64,000 nucleotides of DNA, taken from IMG/VR virus record IMGVR_UViG_3300046642_000423, positions 1,031-65,030 of that record; one strand, given 5' to 3'. The stretch is from a virus (lineage: Duplodnaviria; Caudoviricetes). The translations under genes and the position numbers were made by a program. The number at the start of each line of letters is the position of its first letter. Within the stretch, counting starts at the first letter, position 1. Positions 28,280 to 37,596 of this stretch are shown one piece after another. The notes beneath the pieces are model-generated. The model made no database searches. It had not been told where the DNA came from and worked only from the letters and a program-made list of their open reading frames with translations.

Positions 28280-28471
28280 TCATCGTCCTATTTCGCGTTT
28301 GGTTAGCGGGCGCATTCTGACTTCGTACTCCACGTGGTTCAAAGTATCGAACCATCGCTTGCCCTTTTCTTCTGCATTACCAATGTTCGTTTCCTTGACA
28401 AGTTTTACCGGATATTCAGAACTTTGGTCGCGCACCATGACTACTTGTCCTATTCTAAACTTGGTCTTCAT
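28280..28471 (-). CDS. Hypothetical protein
   Basis: KFRIGQVV SH3-like start; ATGA coupling with the upstream gene. Confidence 0.55.
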   Translation of the reverse strand: MKTKFRIGQVVMVRDQSSEYPVKLVKETNIGNAEEKGKRWFDTLNHVEYEVRMRPLTKREIGR

Positions 28472-28689
28472 GCTTGATTTTCCGGTACGTTTGCCATGCT
28501 CTTTTTGGCGAAGAAGCAGGCTTCCTCTAGTTTAGTTTTTACGATGGCCAACTCACGCCCTTGAGGGCAGAGCGATCCAAAAGTTGAAGATGTTATCGCC
28601 ATCAAACAGTTGTCGAATGCCTGAGCAATATCATTGGCCTTCTGCTTGCCTGTCTCGTTCAACATATGAACTTCAAATAGTGAGTCCAT
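28468..28689 (-). CDS. Acb2/Tad1-like helical hairpin protein (candidate cyclic-nucleotide sponge)
   Basis: LNETGKQKANDI...CPQGRELAIVKTKLEEACFFAKKSMA resembles the Acb2/Tad1 hairpin consensus. Confidence 0.6.
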   Translation of the reverse strand: MDSLFEVHMLNETGKQKANDIAQAFDNCLMAITSSTFGSLCPQGRELAIVKTKLEEACFFAKKSMANVPENQA

Positions 28690-29200
28690 TTGTATCTCCT
28701 TTCAATTTGTACAGTATTGCTAAAAGTCCCAGTCCAGCCAACACTAGCCCAATCTCGCTTGGCTCGGGCGTGGAGACAGGCACATCCGGTGGATCAGTGA
28801 CGATTAAACTCCCCGAACTCGCCGTGGCGCTGCCATTGGGAAAGTAGAATGCCCCGTTGTACTTCCACAGCTCAAACAACGCTCCCGTCGTCCACTCGCC
28901 CACCATATCGAATGCCGCGAATATGCCATGGTCATGCGGATAAAATTGTAGGTAGCCCAAGTCGCCTAGCCATGTGGCACGGGTAGGGCTAATAGATGCC
29001 AGCGTGAGTGCGCCTATGCCTGTGTCCTGTGTGGTCATGGTATCGGCTACAAGGCTCTCGGTGGTTACATCCCAGTTGAAGGCCGTTTGGAAGGTGGCTT
29101 GATTGCCCCAGGCACCAGAGAGTTCAATGTGATTGATTTGATCGGCATGCGCGGCCGGCGCGAACATAATGAGTAATGCAATAGACAATAGATATTTCAT
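28673..29200 (-). CDS. PEP-CTERM protein
   Basis: Signal peptide ending AAHA-D; C-terminal TPEPSEIGLVLAGLGLLAILYKLK (PEP motif, TM helix, basic residues). Confidence 0.85.
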   Translation of the reverse strand: MKYLLSIALLIMFAPAAHADQINHIELSGAWGNQATFQTAFNWDVTTESLVADTMTTQDTGIGALTLASISPTRATWLGDLGYLQFYPHDHGIFAAFDMVGEWTTGALFELWKYNGAFYFPNGSATASSGSLIVTDPPDVPVSTPEPSEIGLVLAGLGLLAILYKLKGDTNGLTI

Positions 29201-29211
29201 ACGAATACTCC

Positions 29212-29469
29212 TTACTTTAAGTTATCCATATCTGGTTTCTTGGATTGCGTGGGACGGTTGCCGCGGATACGCAACTCTTTCACGACCTCAACGATGCACT
29301 CAGAGCAGATGTCTAGATCATCAGACATGCCATCAAATCCTGGGATAAGATCATCCAACTTTTGCAATAACTCTTCTCCACATTGTTCGATGATGGCCCC
29401 TTCTTCGGGTACACCTTCCTTGGTGTACATATACTTGTCACAAACATCGCAACATTTTCGCAGGCTCAT
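29212..29469 (-). CDS. Small zinc-binding hypothetical protein
   Basis: CDVC...DICSEC; probable start MSLRK. Confidence 0.55.
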   Translation of the reverse strand: MSLRKCCDVCDKYMYTKEGVPEEGAIIEQCGEELLQKLDDLIPGFDGMSDDLDICSECIVEVVKELRIRGNRPTQSKKPDMDNLK

Positions 29470-29735
29470 TGTTTTCTCGCCTGCTCTAGCCGATCGAGCA
29501 GCTGATCGCTTGCAGTTGAATCCACCACGCACAGGAAGTCTCCCAGCACCGCCTCTCGCCGCTGATCGACACCTCCAATAGGCACGCGGATCGCCAGGAT
29601 GAGCATAGGAGGGTTGTCGTTGTTGACGAGTGTGGGCTCGATAACATCGATCACATGGACAGGAAGTTCCTTGCTGAGCCACCAGAGCATGGCGCCCTTG
29701 GATATCTTTGTTCCAAACTTATCGAGCATCGGCAT
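29466..29735 (-). CDS. Hypothetical protein
   Basis: GGAG SD before MPMLDKFG. Confidence 0.55.
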   Translation of the reverse strand: MPMLDKFGTKISKGAMLWWLSKELPVHVIDVIEPTLVNNDNPPMLILAIRVPIGGVDQRREAVLGDFLCVVDSTASDQLLDRLEQARKQ

Positions 29736-30195
29736 TATCTCCCATTCTTTTTCGGCGATTCTTCTGAATAATACAAGCACATTTTCTGCAGTGACGTTCT
29801 CCATTATTCGGATTGATGTAAGTATTCACCTCATTAAAAGCATGACCACGAATGCAATGTGTCTGCCTTGCTTGCCTAGCGCAAAAGTTTTCTCCACGCA
29901 TAGTATTTTCCCGGCTCGTAACTACTTCTAAATGATCTGGATTTACACAACGTCGATTGCGACAAAGATGATCTAGCTGCTTACCTACTGGAATCCTTCT
30001 TCTTGCAATAACTAACCAAGCCACACGATGTGCATAGAATATCTTGCGATGTTTGAGAGTGAATCTACCGTATCCAGTTTTTCCAAGTAAGCCAGTCCAC
30101 TCCCAGCATCCATTGGGAGAAATAGCCACACGAGCATTGAAATGTTTCTCAATACCCTTACGATCTAAGGGTATTCTTTTAGGACTTATCATCAT
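29719..30195 (-). CDS. HNH homing endonuclease
   Basis: CWEWTG...GYG...AHRVAW...[17 protein letters not shown]...THCIRGH...CRKC; AT-rich. Confidence 0.9.
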   Translation of the reverse strand: MMISPKRIPLDRKGIEKHFNARVAISPNGCWEWTGLLGKTGYGRFTLKHRKIFYAHRVAWLVIARRRIPVGKQLDHLCRNRRCVNPDHLEVVTSRENTMRGENFCARQARQTHCIRGHAFNEVNTYINPNNGERHCRKCACIIQKNRRKRMGDNADAR

Positions 30196-30445
30196 CTTGA
30201 AATGCCTCAGGGTAACGGCGGCGAGCTTCGATGATTCCTTTTTCAAGGTTCCCCGCAAAGAACTGATCTGCAATGAGCTGTTCGACACGTAGGCGCAAGG
30301 CGTAGTCATCACGCATGTTGTAGGCAGCCTGACGGCGGGCAGACTCGGATACAGGTCCATACGGGCTCATAATGATTGGAGGTATAGCTGGTTGTTTATT
30401 CGTGATCTTGTCGAATGCGTCTGTAACCTTTTTGATTAGATCCAT
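30179..30445 (-). CDS. Hypothetical protein
   Basis: AAGGA SD; ORF in the - strand array. Confidence 0.6.
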   Translation of the reverse strand: MDLIKKVTDAFDKITNKQPAIPPIIMSPYGPVSESARRQAAYNMRDDYALRLRVEQLIADQFFAGNLEKGIIEARRRYPEAFQDDDKS

Positions 30446-30479
30446 GGGAGTATCCTTTCAATGATTTGACATTGCATGC

Positions 30480-30713
30480 TTATGCGCTTGCAGCCATTCC
30501 CGGTGCTTCGGTTTCCATCACCCTCTGTGCTTCCATTTGTGCTTTCGTACGACGCTTCTTACGGATCACTTTGTCCTTGATCTTCGTTGTGTTGCCACCC
30601 ATACGTGCTTCCATGATCTCTTTCACGATCGTGAGCGCAACACGTGCTTCATCAATATCGGTTTCTCGAAAGAACTGACAGACTCTACCTATTCTGCTGC
30701 CTCGTGCTGCCAT
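30480..30713 (-). CDS. Small basic hypothetical protein
   Basis: AAGGAGG SD; RKKRRTKAQME motif. Confidence 0.6.
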   Translation of the reverse strand: MAARGSRIGRVCQFFRETDIDEARVALTIVKEIMEARMGGNTTKIKDKVIRKKRRTKAQMEAQRVMETEAPGMAASA

Positions 30714-31072
30714 GAATCCTCCTTGAATCACTTCCGTTTGAATTTATCCTTCAATATTGCGACTTCCTTCTTGAGTTGTTTCGCTGTGAACTTCGCCCAG
30801 CTGACCACACGCTTTTTCGGACTCGGCGGAGGTTCTAAACCACTGCCAGTTCCGTCCGTACGCGGGACATTATCGGTAGTTCCAGTCCAGTGGTGATGCC
30901 GCAATCTGGTAATGGCACCTATGTGAATGTGCCCACCGATGTGGCCACCACCCTTAAACAGCACATTGTCAAATGTCATTTGCTCTCCCTGAGAGTATGA
31001 AGCCGATAGCCTCCCACCGCTCGGCCCCCACACGGTACCTCTACTCCAATAGGAATGGAGTAGGGGAGCTTG

Positions 31073-31423
31073 TTATTTACTAATATTTAAAACCGCAGGA
31101 TTTAGAATTCCTCCAGATTGGTTGGCACGTTCTCCTTCATCACCTATCTGAGTATCCAAGTTATGCCAGAGGCGAAGGTCCTCACCATAAATCCAGCAAG
31201 CTGCCAACGTGGATACCGCACAGCCATACATGAATCCTGTGATTCCTTCGGTATCGGCCTCGTGTGAGGTATCCTTGGCAATTGCTGTTAGAGGCTTACC
31301 TTCCTCTATTTCTTTCTCCATTAACTCAGCCCAAGCCTTGGCGTAGTCGAATACAGCGCGACCGTAAGGATCAGTGTTGTTGGCGAGTCCCTTATTCCAT
31401 AGCGCTTCATCTTTTAGTTTCAT
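31073..31423 (-). CDS. Hypothetical phage protein
   Basis: 116-aa ORF with globular composition (GITGFMYGCAV...WIYGEDLRLWHN). Confidence 0.65.
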   Translation of the reverse strand: MKLKDEALWNKGLANNTDPYGRAVFDYAKAWAELMEKEIEEGKPLTAIAKDTSHEADTEGITGFMYGCAVSTLAACWIYGEDLRLWHNLDTQIGDEGERANQSGGILNPAVLNISK

Positions 31424-31605
31424 TTGGACAAACGTCTCCTATTTGATATCAATACGGATCACTTCCTTCACCCAATATCCCGTCACCTTCAAATTGATCT
31501 CTGGCAAGGTCTTCTCTCCGCGGCTGGCATGGCCAACGATGAGCATCCGTAAGACCTCGGCAATGCCCTCGGTGACTAGTTGATCGATATGCTCTTCCAC
31601 TACGC

Positions 31606-31962
31606 TCATTTGGCCGCCTCAACCATCGGAATATCTTCTATGGTTGTTTCAGTGGTTGATTCGGGTGGCTCGATAGCACGAACTTTGTCGATGAGTTCAT
31701 CGAAGGTCATTTCTCCCCTACTAACACCGAAGTACCATTTGCTAATCGTCCACCGGAAGGATTTATAAAATTCGCTTTCATTGGGACTCTTGGGATCTAT
31801 ATCCTCGAGCCAAGGAAATCGTTCCGTTGCTTCTATACCCCGATGTCCTTTCTCAATTCCAAATGCCGCCATGCCTATACCGACAGCGCATGATTCAAAC
31901 GAATAGGCATCGCCCGGTACCTCGATCGTCCTTCCCAGTGCCATTGCATCACTTAGTCTCAT
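31606..31962 (-). CDS. Hypothetical protein
   Basis: MRLSDAMALG start; coupled to the upstream gene. Confidence 0.6.
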   Translation of the reverse strand: MRLSDAMALGRTIEVPGDAYSFESCAVGIGMAAFGIEKGHRGIEATERFPWLEDIDPKSPNESEFYKSFRWTISKWYFGVSRGEMTFDELIDKVRAIEPPESTTETTIEDIPMVEAAK

Positions 31963-32153
31963 CAGAATATCCTTCCCTCTTGCTCTACCTTCTCCACTCC
32001 CCGCAGGATCATCAACCGCACCGCTTCCCCTGGGGACTGTCCCAGCTTTACCGCCGCACGATCAAGCCGCGTCATCACGCGAGCGCTGAGCCTTACCGTG
32101 ATTCGTTCTGACTTCGGTTCAAAGTTTGGATTGCTATCTCGTAGTGTTGGCAT
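31962..32153 (-). CDS. Ribbon-helix-helix (CopG/Arc-like) regulator
   Basis: ERITVRLS strand followed by two helices (LDRAA...SPGEAVRLMI). Confidence 0.7.
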   Translation of the reverse strand: MPTLRDSNPNFEPKSERITVRLSARVMTRLDRAAVKLGQSPGEAVRLMILRGVEKVEQEGRIF

Positions 32154-32159
32154 GGAATG

Positions 32160-32189
32160 AATATATCTCCGTCAGCAAGTGGCTGTCAA
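32160..32189 (-). promoter_or_regulatory. Sigma70-like promoter, probably leaderless
   Basis: TTGACA-18-TATATT, 6 nt before ATG 32153; no SD. Confidence 0.6.
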
Positions 32190-32193
32190 GTGC

Positions 32194-32544
32194 TTACCGT
32201 GAAATAGATGGCCTCTTGCGTGCGATGCGCTCATTGCGTATGCGTGGTGCGTCCAGTTCAGCGCGGGCTTCGCGTTTAAGTAGAGACTGCGCGTGTTCTA
32301 AGTGGTATCTGCGTTCAGCTTGGACGTAGATGGCGCCTACACGCTCGGTGAACTCGGCGATACGAACGATATTGCCTAAACGTTCAGTGAGTTTCTCGCG
32401 TTCATGCACAGTACCATCGTCATCCTCAGTTGAGGTAACATCCCGCTCGAACAGATCAGATTCATATTCGATAACGAGATCGGCGATGGATTGTGCTTCA
32501 TGTGCGAGTAGGCGGATCATTTCAATTTGCCTCACCTGTATCAT
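32194..32544 (-). CDS. Hypothetical protein
   Basis: ORF in the - strand array. Confidence 0.55.
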   Translation of the reverse strand: MIQVRQIEMIRLLAHEAQSIADLVIEYESDLFERDVTSTEDDDGTVHEREKLTERLGNIVRIAEFTERVGAIYVQAERRYHLEHAQSLLKREARAELDAPRIRNERIARKRPSISR

Positions 32545-32842
32545 TGATGAGAGAGATTGGAGTCACCTGATTTTCCGCATCTCTCTGTCTACGCTGGTGC
32601 ATGGTCAATGAATGGAACTCAACTTCCAGCACATCATCCAGGCTGACTGCGATCACTCCCAGCGCTTCCTCAGTGACCTTGAGCTCCGCATAGCCGATGG
32701 TGGCGCCCTCGATCGACAGCCGCACTCTGCGCCGCTTGTCGATGTAGTTGGCCCCACTTTCAATAGCGATTACCCTTGCGATCATGGCTTCCCTCCATTC
32801 GCTCTCAGCTTTATGATCCGTTCTCTCGTATCCTCTGCCCAT
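32522..32842 (-). CDS. Hypothetical protein
   Basis: ORF in the - strand array; start uncertain. Confidence 0.5.
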   Translation of the reverse strand: MGRGYERTDHKAESEWREAMIARVIAIESGANYIDKRRRVRLSIEGATIGYAELKVTEEALGVIAVSLDDVLEVEFHSLTMHQRRQRDAENQVTPISLINDTGEAN

Positions 32843-33081
32843 GTCTTACGGTAAGGGAACAACATACTGAGTATCCAAGTCATCATTCGCCTCCCGGCGG
32901 GGGATTCCGCTCAAGACTGGGCCTTCGGCCCATGAGCGGGAGTTTATTCCCCAAGACGCAAGCGGAGTTCCAAACCTGATATAATGCAAGTCCCATTGCA
33001 AGGTGGTTCGCGGCGGCATCGTCTTGGTTGTGGGTTACTCTCCAGTAGAGCCCACGAGCTCCGATGCCGCCACGAGATCGA

Positions 33082-33732
33082 CTAGGCCGATTTCGCTTTC
33101 TTGGGAACTTTATTCGCCATGGTTTCCGATGGAGCAAACTTGGTAACTCCGTAAAACCATTTGCTCCATCCTTCTCCGGTAGCGAAGTAAGTGTCCATCA
33201 AATCCTTGGGAACCTCCTTGGTGTAACCACTGGCAGGATCCTTGCGAAAGATGCTCAACAGCACATCGCATGCTGATTCAGTGATCGTGGAAACATCAAT
33301 CCCACCACCGTCCGACTTCTGGAAGTCCTGATCCTTGTTGAGCGCCTTCTCGAGCGATCCGATCTCCCCCGCCTTGATGTATTCATTCTGCGCCTGACCA
33401 TCCGGCCACTTGCCGTTCTTATACTGCGCGGCCATGGCCTTGAGCTCCGCCAAGCGCTCATCGTCGAAGAACGCTTCGGCATTGTAATAAACCGAATAGT
33501 TCACGTACTTGACCGGGGGATTCTGATCTGCATCCACGACCGCCAGGCAAATTTGCAGCTGATGAATGCCAGGCTTGTCGGTGGCGCGGTCCTGCGTGGT
33601 AAAGGTAATGCCATTATTTGGCAGCGTGTAATCCGGTACGACCGATGCCGCATACCACCCACGCTTCCAAGGTTTAATTGGTTGCTGCTCCATGCCTTCT
33701 GTGCGTCTTCCCATTGTCTTTCTAACCTCCAT
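33082..33732 (-). CDS. Putative ssDNA-binding protein
   Basis: Follows the RecT-like gene; KPWKRGWYAASVV resembles DUF669-type N-termini. Confidence 0.35.
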   Translation of the reverse strand: MEVRKTMGRRTEGMEQQPIKPWKRGWYAASVVPDYTLPNNGITFTTQDRATDKPGIHQLQICLAVVDADQNPPVKYVNYSVYYNAEAFFDDERLAELKAMAAQYKNGKWPDGQAQNEYIKAGEIGSLEKALNKDQDFQKSDGGGIDVSTITESACDVLLSIFRKDPASGYTKEVPKDLMDTYFATGEGWSKWFYGVTKFAPSETMANKVPKKAKSA

Positions 33733-33847
33733 TTGAATTTACTTCTAGAAATGGATGGCGGGGATCGTCCAGCTATACTTTCTTAAGCTCTAACCGCGTT
33801 GCCTGGTAACAATTCAGGAGCACGGCAGGCGATCCCCGCAGAAACCT

Positions 33848-34624
33848 TTACTTACTTCCTTGACGCATGGCCACCGAGTCTTCTGCGTTAGGATAAAGAA
33901 CATCGGCGGCCTTGTTGAAAATATTTGCACTCGTTGGTGGAATGTTCTTCGGAGCGACCACCTCCGTCTTTGCAATCTTCGGTTCCGGCTGGCTCTCCGC
34001 TCCCGTTTCCTGGCTAACGGATATGCCCGTACCGAATGCCAGAGCGTGCGACTCCGCGCGCACCATGAGCATATGCGTGCGCCGTGACCACCAGTTTGGG
34101 TTATATGGCATGAACCACTCAGTGAACCAGGCGGTATAAACGGAAGGCTCCCCGTCCACTAGGATCGTGCATTCAATGCCGGGATCAAAGTCGAGCTTGA
34201 AGTCGATTAGATCCGTCCCACCCTTAGCTGGATTTTTCCTCTGCATCAGCATCCCCGCCGGCCACGGCCGCTCCACTGGCTTAAACTGCGGCACTCCCAG
34301 CTTATGACCTTCCTTCTTTGCCAGCTTGAGCTCCCCCTCGAGCGAGATGCCGATCTTCCCACTCGGCAGAATGTAGATTTCACCCTTGTACGGTTCGAGC
34401 CCAGTCGCCTTCCAATAGAGAGCCAGCACCAAGGACTGCTCGAGTGATATGAACCCTCCAGAAGGATTCTGAATGGTACGGCTCATAAGGGTCGCCATGG
34501 CCATGGGTGAGTTATTGGAGAACTCATAGTCGGTGATACCTTGCAGAGCTTGATTACGATCCTGTGTCATCTGCGTCTGTGCGCTACGCTCCGCTGCCAG
34601 TATTCCCTTCACATCATCGGTCAT
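33848..34624 (-). CDS. RecT/Bet-like single-strand annealing protein
   Basis: TGLEPYKGEIYIL...ISLEG...NWWSRRTHMLMVRAESHAL motifs. Confidence 0.75.
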   Translation of the reverse strand: MTDDVKGILAAERSAQTQMTQDRNQALQGITDYEFSNNSPMAMATLMSRTIQNPSGGFISLEQSLVLALYWKATGLEPYKGEIYILPSGKIGISLEGELKLAKKEGHKLGVPQFKPVERPWPAGMLMQRKNPAKGGTDLIDFKLDFDPGIECTILVDGEPSVYTAWFTEWFMPYNPNWWSRRTHMLMVRAESHALAFGTGISVSQETGAESQPEPKIAKTEVVAPKNIPPTSANIFNKAADVLYPNAEDSVAMRQGSK

Positions 34625-34902
34625 TTTGATTCCTTCCTTAAATCCGCAAGGATTGATTCAGTGGTGGGACGTTTCCAACTACCGGGTTGCATAAACTCTT
34701 TTGCCGCCGCCATCGTCTCTTCCCGATTGCACTTTGCACGTTCCTCTACGAGTTTCTCCAGTTCATATTGAACCGCATTGTATTCTTCCGATGCTTTCAG
34801 ATGGCGCTGGTATAGTTCATCGGAAAGTTCAATCTCGCCGTCTGGTTCCAAATCAACATAGTAGTCCGGCCATCGTTCATCTCTTCCAATGCGTACTTTC
34901 AT
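34621..34902 (-). CDS. Hypothetical protein
   Basis: Coupled at both ends. Confidence 0.6.
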   Translation of the reverse strand: MKVRIGRDERWPDYYVDLEPDGEIELSDELYQRHLKASEEYNAVQYELEKLVEERAKCNREETMAAAKEFMQPGSWKRPTTESILADLRKESK

Positions 34903-35306
34903 TTCTCTCCTCCATTAAATTCAAATATAACCACCATACTCGGAAACGGAGCGCAGTTAACTGCATCCCCAAACTTCAATCGGCCCTTAATGAATCGAAT
35001 CTCTGTAGCCTTTGGTAACACAATCTCATGGAACCAGCGTGTATCTGTGCGAGCGGGGAGTAAGAACACTGCAACTTCCGCTGCTAGGCCAAGGAGTAGC
35101 CAATTCTTAATACCGGGGCCATATGGTGGATTGCAGAATGCTCGTTTACCACTCCAATGAACAAACAGTGTGGCTAGGCCATTTGTAGTTCCATCTAATG
35201 GGCACGGGTCAAAATTGAAATGAAATTCAGCATCCAGTCCATCGTATACATCGGTTGGTGTAGCCCATCGATCTGTTGCCGAACTGAAATGAACTGTAGT
35301 ATCCAT
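34899..35306 (-). CDS. Phage DNA N6-adenine methyltransferase (Dam-like family)
   Basis: HFSSATDRWATP, FCNPPY, LLPARTDTRWFH, IRFIKGRLKF and APFPS motifs. Confidence 0.9.
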   Translation of the reverse strand: MDTTVHFSSATDRWATPTDVYDGLDAEFHFNFDPCPLDGTTNGLATLFVHWSGKRAFCNPPYGPGIKNWLLLGLAAEVAVFLLPARTDTRWFHEIVLPKATEIRFIKGRLKFGDAVNCAPFPSMVVIFEFNGGEK

Positions 35307-35307
35307 T

Positions 35308-35631
35308 TTAAGGTTCTATGTAAGAAATTGGTTTGTTCATTTCCACGGCAATCTTTATTTCTGCTTGAACACCAACAGATTCGTTCCATCCATCCATCAT
35401 TGCTATAAATACCTTGCTAGAAACCGATATGAACTCTCTATCTATCTTTTCCCAAAACTCCCAATTTCGCGGCAATTCCCACACAACCGCTATTGGGTGC
35501 ATGTGAACTATTGGGGAGAATACAACTTCTCCAGCAGCCATTAATTTACCAACCAGCTTGCAGGTTTCTTTAAAACGCATTTCCATTATCGTCGTGTCTT
35601 TATGTGTGTATGGCGTTGCTAGATAAATCAC
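35308..35631 (-). CDS. DUF1937 / nucleoside deoxyribosyltransferase-like protein
   Basis: MIYLATPY, VFSPIVH and GWNESVGVQAEI motifs. Confidence 0.8.
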   Translation of the reverse strand: MIYLATPYTHKDTTIMEMRFKETCKLVGKLMAAGEVVFSPIVHMHPIAVVWELPRNWEFWEKIDREFISVSSKVFIAMMDGWNESVGVQAEIKIAVEMNKPISYIEP

Positions 35632-36557
35632 AACGCTACCCTCACAAACTCATCCGCAGCCTTTTTCTGATCGCAAATGGATACGAAGTCACAAGCTGAA
35701 TACTTTCCTTCACACGCATCCCGATTCATAGGCCAAGGCACAGCATCCCTCACTGTCTGGATATAATTCACCATCTCAGATATGGCCCAGTTCATTTGCT
35801 GTAAGAACCGTTCATGCTGAGCGAATACCGCATCGGTTATATCCAGCTCCACCAGATCAGGTTCCGATCCCTTATACGGCCGCACTACCGCTTCGATAAT
35901 CACCTTCTCAATCTCAATCTTGTTCCTGCGGCACCATTCGAGGTAGAAGTTCATCTGTGGCTTACGGATATTGGATTCTTTCTCTTTCACTTTCCAATCA
36001 CGGGATACGGGAGTGACGGTCTTGGTGTCGACCAACTTACCGTCAGAGATGCGGTCAATGATGCCGGTACAGAGTACGATATCGTTCTGGTCGCATCGGA
36101 ATTGGATGATCTTCTCATTCACATTAGCGCGTGTGGAACTAGATTTTTCATGTGCCGTTCCATGATGTGAAAAGTAGTGCGTCGTCAGTTTAGCCAATGA
36201 ATCCAATCGTTCGTTCCATTTATCGATTTCCTTAGCTGATAGTTGTGCTCGATCAAGAAAGGAATTACGAGCCAGCAAGCCATGAGGATAAACCACGGTA
36301 GTGTAAGGAGACTCTTCAGTTTCAAATTTCACCTTCCATTCCGCTTCCGTTTTATCGTACAGAGCCGGCTGTACCGCCCAAGAGAAAGCCTTCTCGTATT
36401 CCCAACCCGCCCAGTAAGCGAATGCCATGCGGTGAATGCAGGAACCGAACGCCATAAATACGGAAGGATGGGCGGATGGGCCGAGTAAGTAGGATTGACG
36501 ATAAGATTCCCTACAATTTGCCCAGGTGGTTAATTGCGATGGAGAGATGTAGATCAT
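35628..36557 (-). CDS. PD-(D/E)XK exonuclease (RecB/Cas4-like)
   Basis: ISPSQLTTWANC, FGSCIH, GIIDR...VDTKT, QMNFY and C-terminal C..C..C. Confidence 0.85.
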   Translation of the reverse strand: MIYISPSQLTTWANCRESYRQSYLLGPSAHPSVFMAFGSCIHRMAFAYWAGWEYEKAFSWAVQPALYDKTEAEWKVKFETEESPYTTVVYPHGLLARNSFLDRAQLSAKEIDKWNERLDSLAKLTTHYFSHHGTAHEKSSSTRANVNEKIIQFRCDQNDIVLCTGIIDRISDGKLVDTKTVTPVSRDWKVKEKESNIRKPQMNFYLEWCRRNKIEIEKVIIEAVVRPYKGSEPDLVELDITDAVFAQHERFLQQMNWAISEMVNYIQTVRDAVPWPMNRDACEGKYSACDFVSICDQKKAADEFVRVAL

Positions 36558-36823
36558 TTCTTCTCTATTGCCGCATGAGATTCCGCTATTGCTTTCTCGG
36601 CTGATTTTTTATCCTTGCCGAAAACCAGTCTTATAAAATCATCGTGTGACTGTAGACTTGAACGATAGCCAAGCCATTGGTTTTTATTGTTAGCGATAAG
36701 TTCAGTTGAAGATTCAAATCCAAATACCAACATGGACATAAAAGAAAACATTGCTGGTCTGCAAAAGATAACTTCTACCCTTCCATCCGGTAACTTGTTT
36801 ATTAAGTTTTTCGTTTTCTTCAT
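36554..36823 (-). CDS. Hypothetical protein (AT-rich insert)
   Basis: GAGG SD; flanked by a 13-bp direct repeat. Confidence 0.55.
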   Translation of the reverse strand: MKKTKNLINKLPDGRVEVIFCRPAMFSFMSMLVFGFESSTELIANNKNQWLGYRSSLQSHDDFIRLVFGKDKKSAEKAIAESHAAIEKK

Positions 36824-36952
36824 AAGAACCTCACCGAGATGTAGATCACAGTTTTCCCTTCCATAGAGCCCTTGCTAGTGCTACTAAGACTACGCATAAT
36901 CCAAATAACAACATCCCCAGACAGATCAACATGAAGGAAGCAGCGTAATCGG

Positions 36953-37387
36953 TCATAGAAACCTCACCGTGATCTCCACTCCCTCATTCCCCGGCGCACA
37001 CCAATGCTTGGAACAGCTCCCCAACATGGCTCTGTTATCGTCTATGAACAGCAGCCTCTTGATCGCATCCTCTGCCGACTTCACAAGGTTGGAGGTATCG
37101 GGATCCTGCCCATGCAGATCGCCAGGATGGATCTTTTTGCAATTCTCAGGATGTAAGCCGACCACCTTGCACATTCTTGATTCCGGTATGGGAAAGCTAA
37201 AGTACATGCTCTCTTCCACAAACCCTTCATAAGGCTGGAATGCCGCTCCCGCGGCCGCCTGTGCCGCCAACGCCACCGTCTTCTCCCACCGTTTCACATG
37301 CGCCTTCATATACTGATGACCGCCCTTGGAGAAGCCATAGGTTTTACCGATCGGAACGCCTAGGACGAAAAATGTGAGAGAGTTCAT
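36953..37387 (-). CDS. rusA: RusA-like Holliday junction resolvase
   Basis: DPDTSNLVKSAEDAI...FIDDNR catalytic motif. Confidence 0.85.
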   Translation of the reverse strand: MNSLTFFVLGVPIGKTYGFSKGGHQYMKAHVKRWEKTVALAAQAAAGAAFQPYEGFVEESMYFSFPIPESRMCKVVGLHPENCKKIHPGDLHGQDPDTSNLVKSAEDAIKRLLFIDDNRAMLGSCSKHWCAPGNEGVEITVRFL

Positions 37388-37587
37388 AAGATCGGCGGGC
37401 GCCCTCTTTTGCCGGCTTTCCATGGTTCGCACCCCAGCGCCTTCCTCTTTCGTTCCCTCTCCATCTTCCGGTGCTTACCGCACATGCTCGAACCCTTCGA
37501 TTTCACTCCACAGAAGATGCACAACCCAAGCGCGCGCCGCATGTCCCTGCGAGTTCTTAACGCTTTCAGATATTGTGGTTTCACCAT
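37384..37587 (-). CDS. Small basic zinc-finger protein with AT-hook-like tail
   Basis: GLCIFCG...CGKH; KRGRPP. Confidence 0.6.
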   Translation of the reverse strand: MVKPQYLKALRTRRDMRRALGLCIFCGVKSKGSSMCGKHRKMERERKRKALGCEPWKAGKRGRPPIL

Positions 37588-37596
37588 ACGGGGAGA

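Noticed and set aside
32843-33081. tRNA gene
   Set aside because: No cloverleaf or T-loop consensus; kept only as an ncRNA candidate.
21709-36557. Cas4-like genes as evidence of a CRISPR-Cas system
   Set aside because: No array and no cas1, cas2 or effector genes; such nucleases are common in phages.
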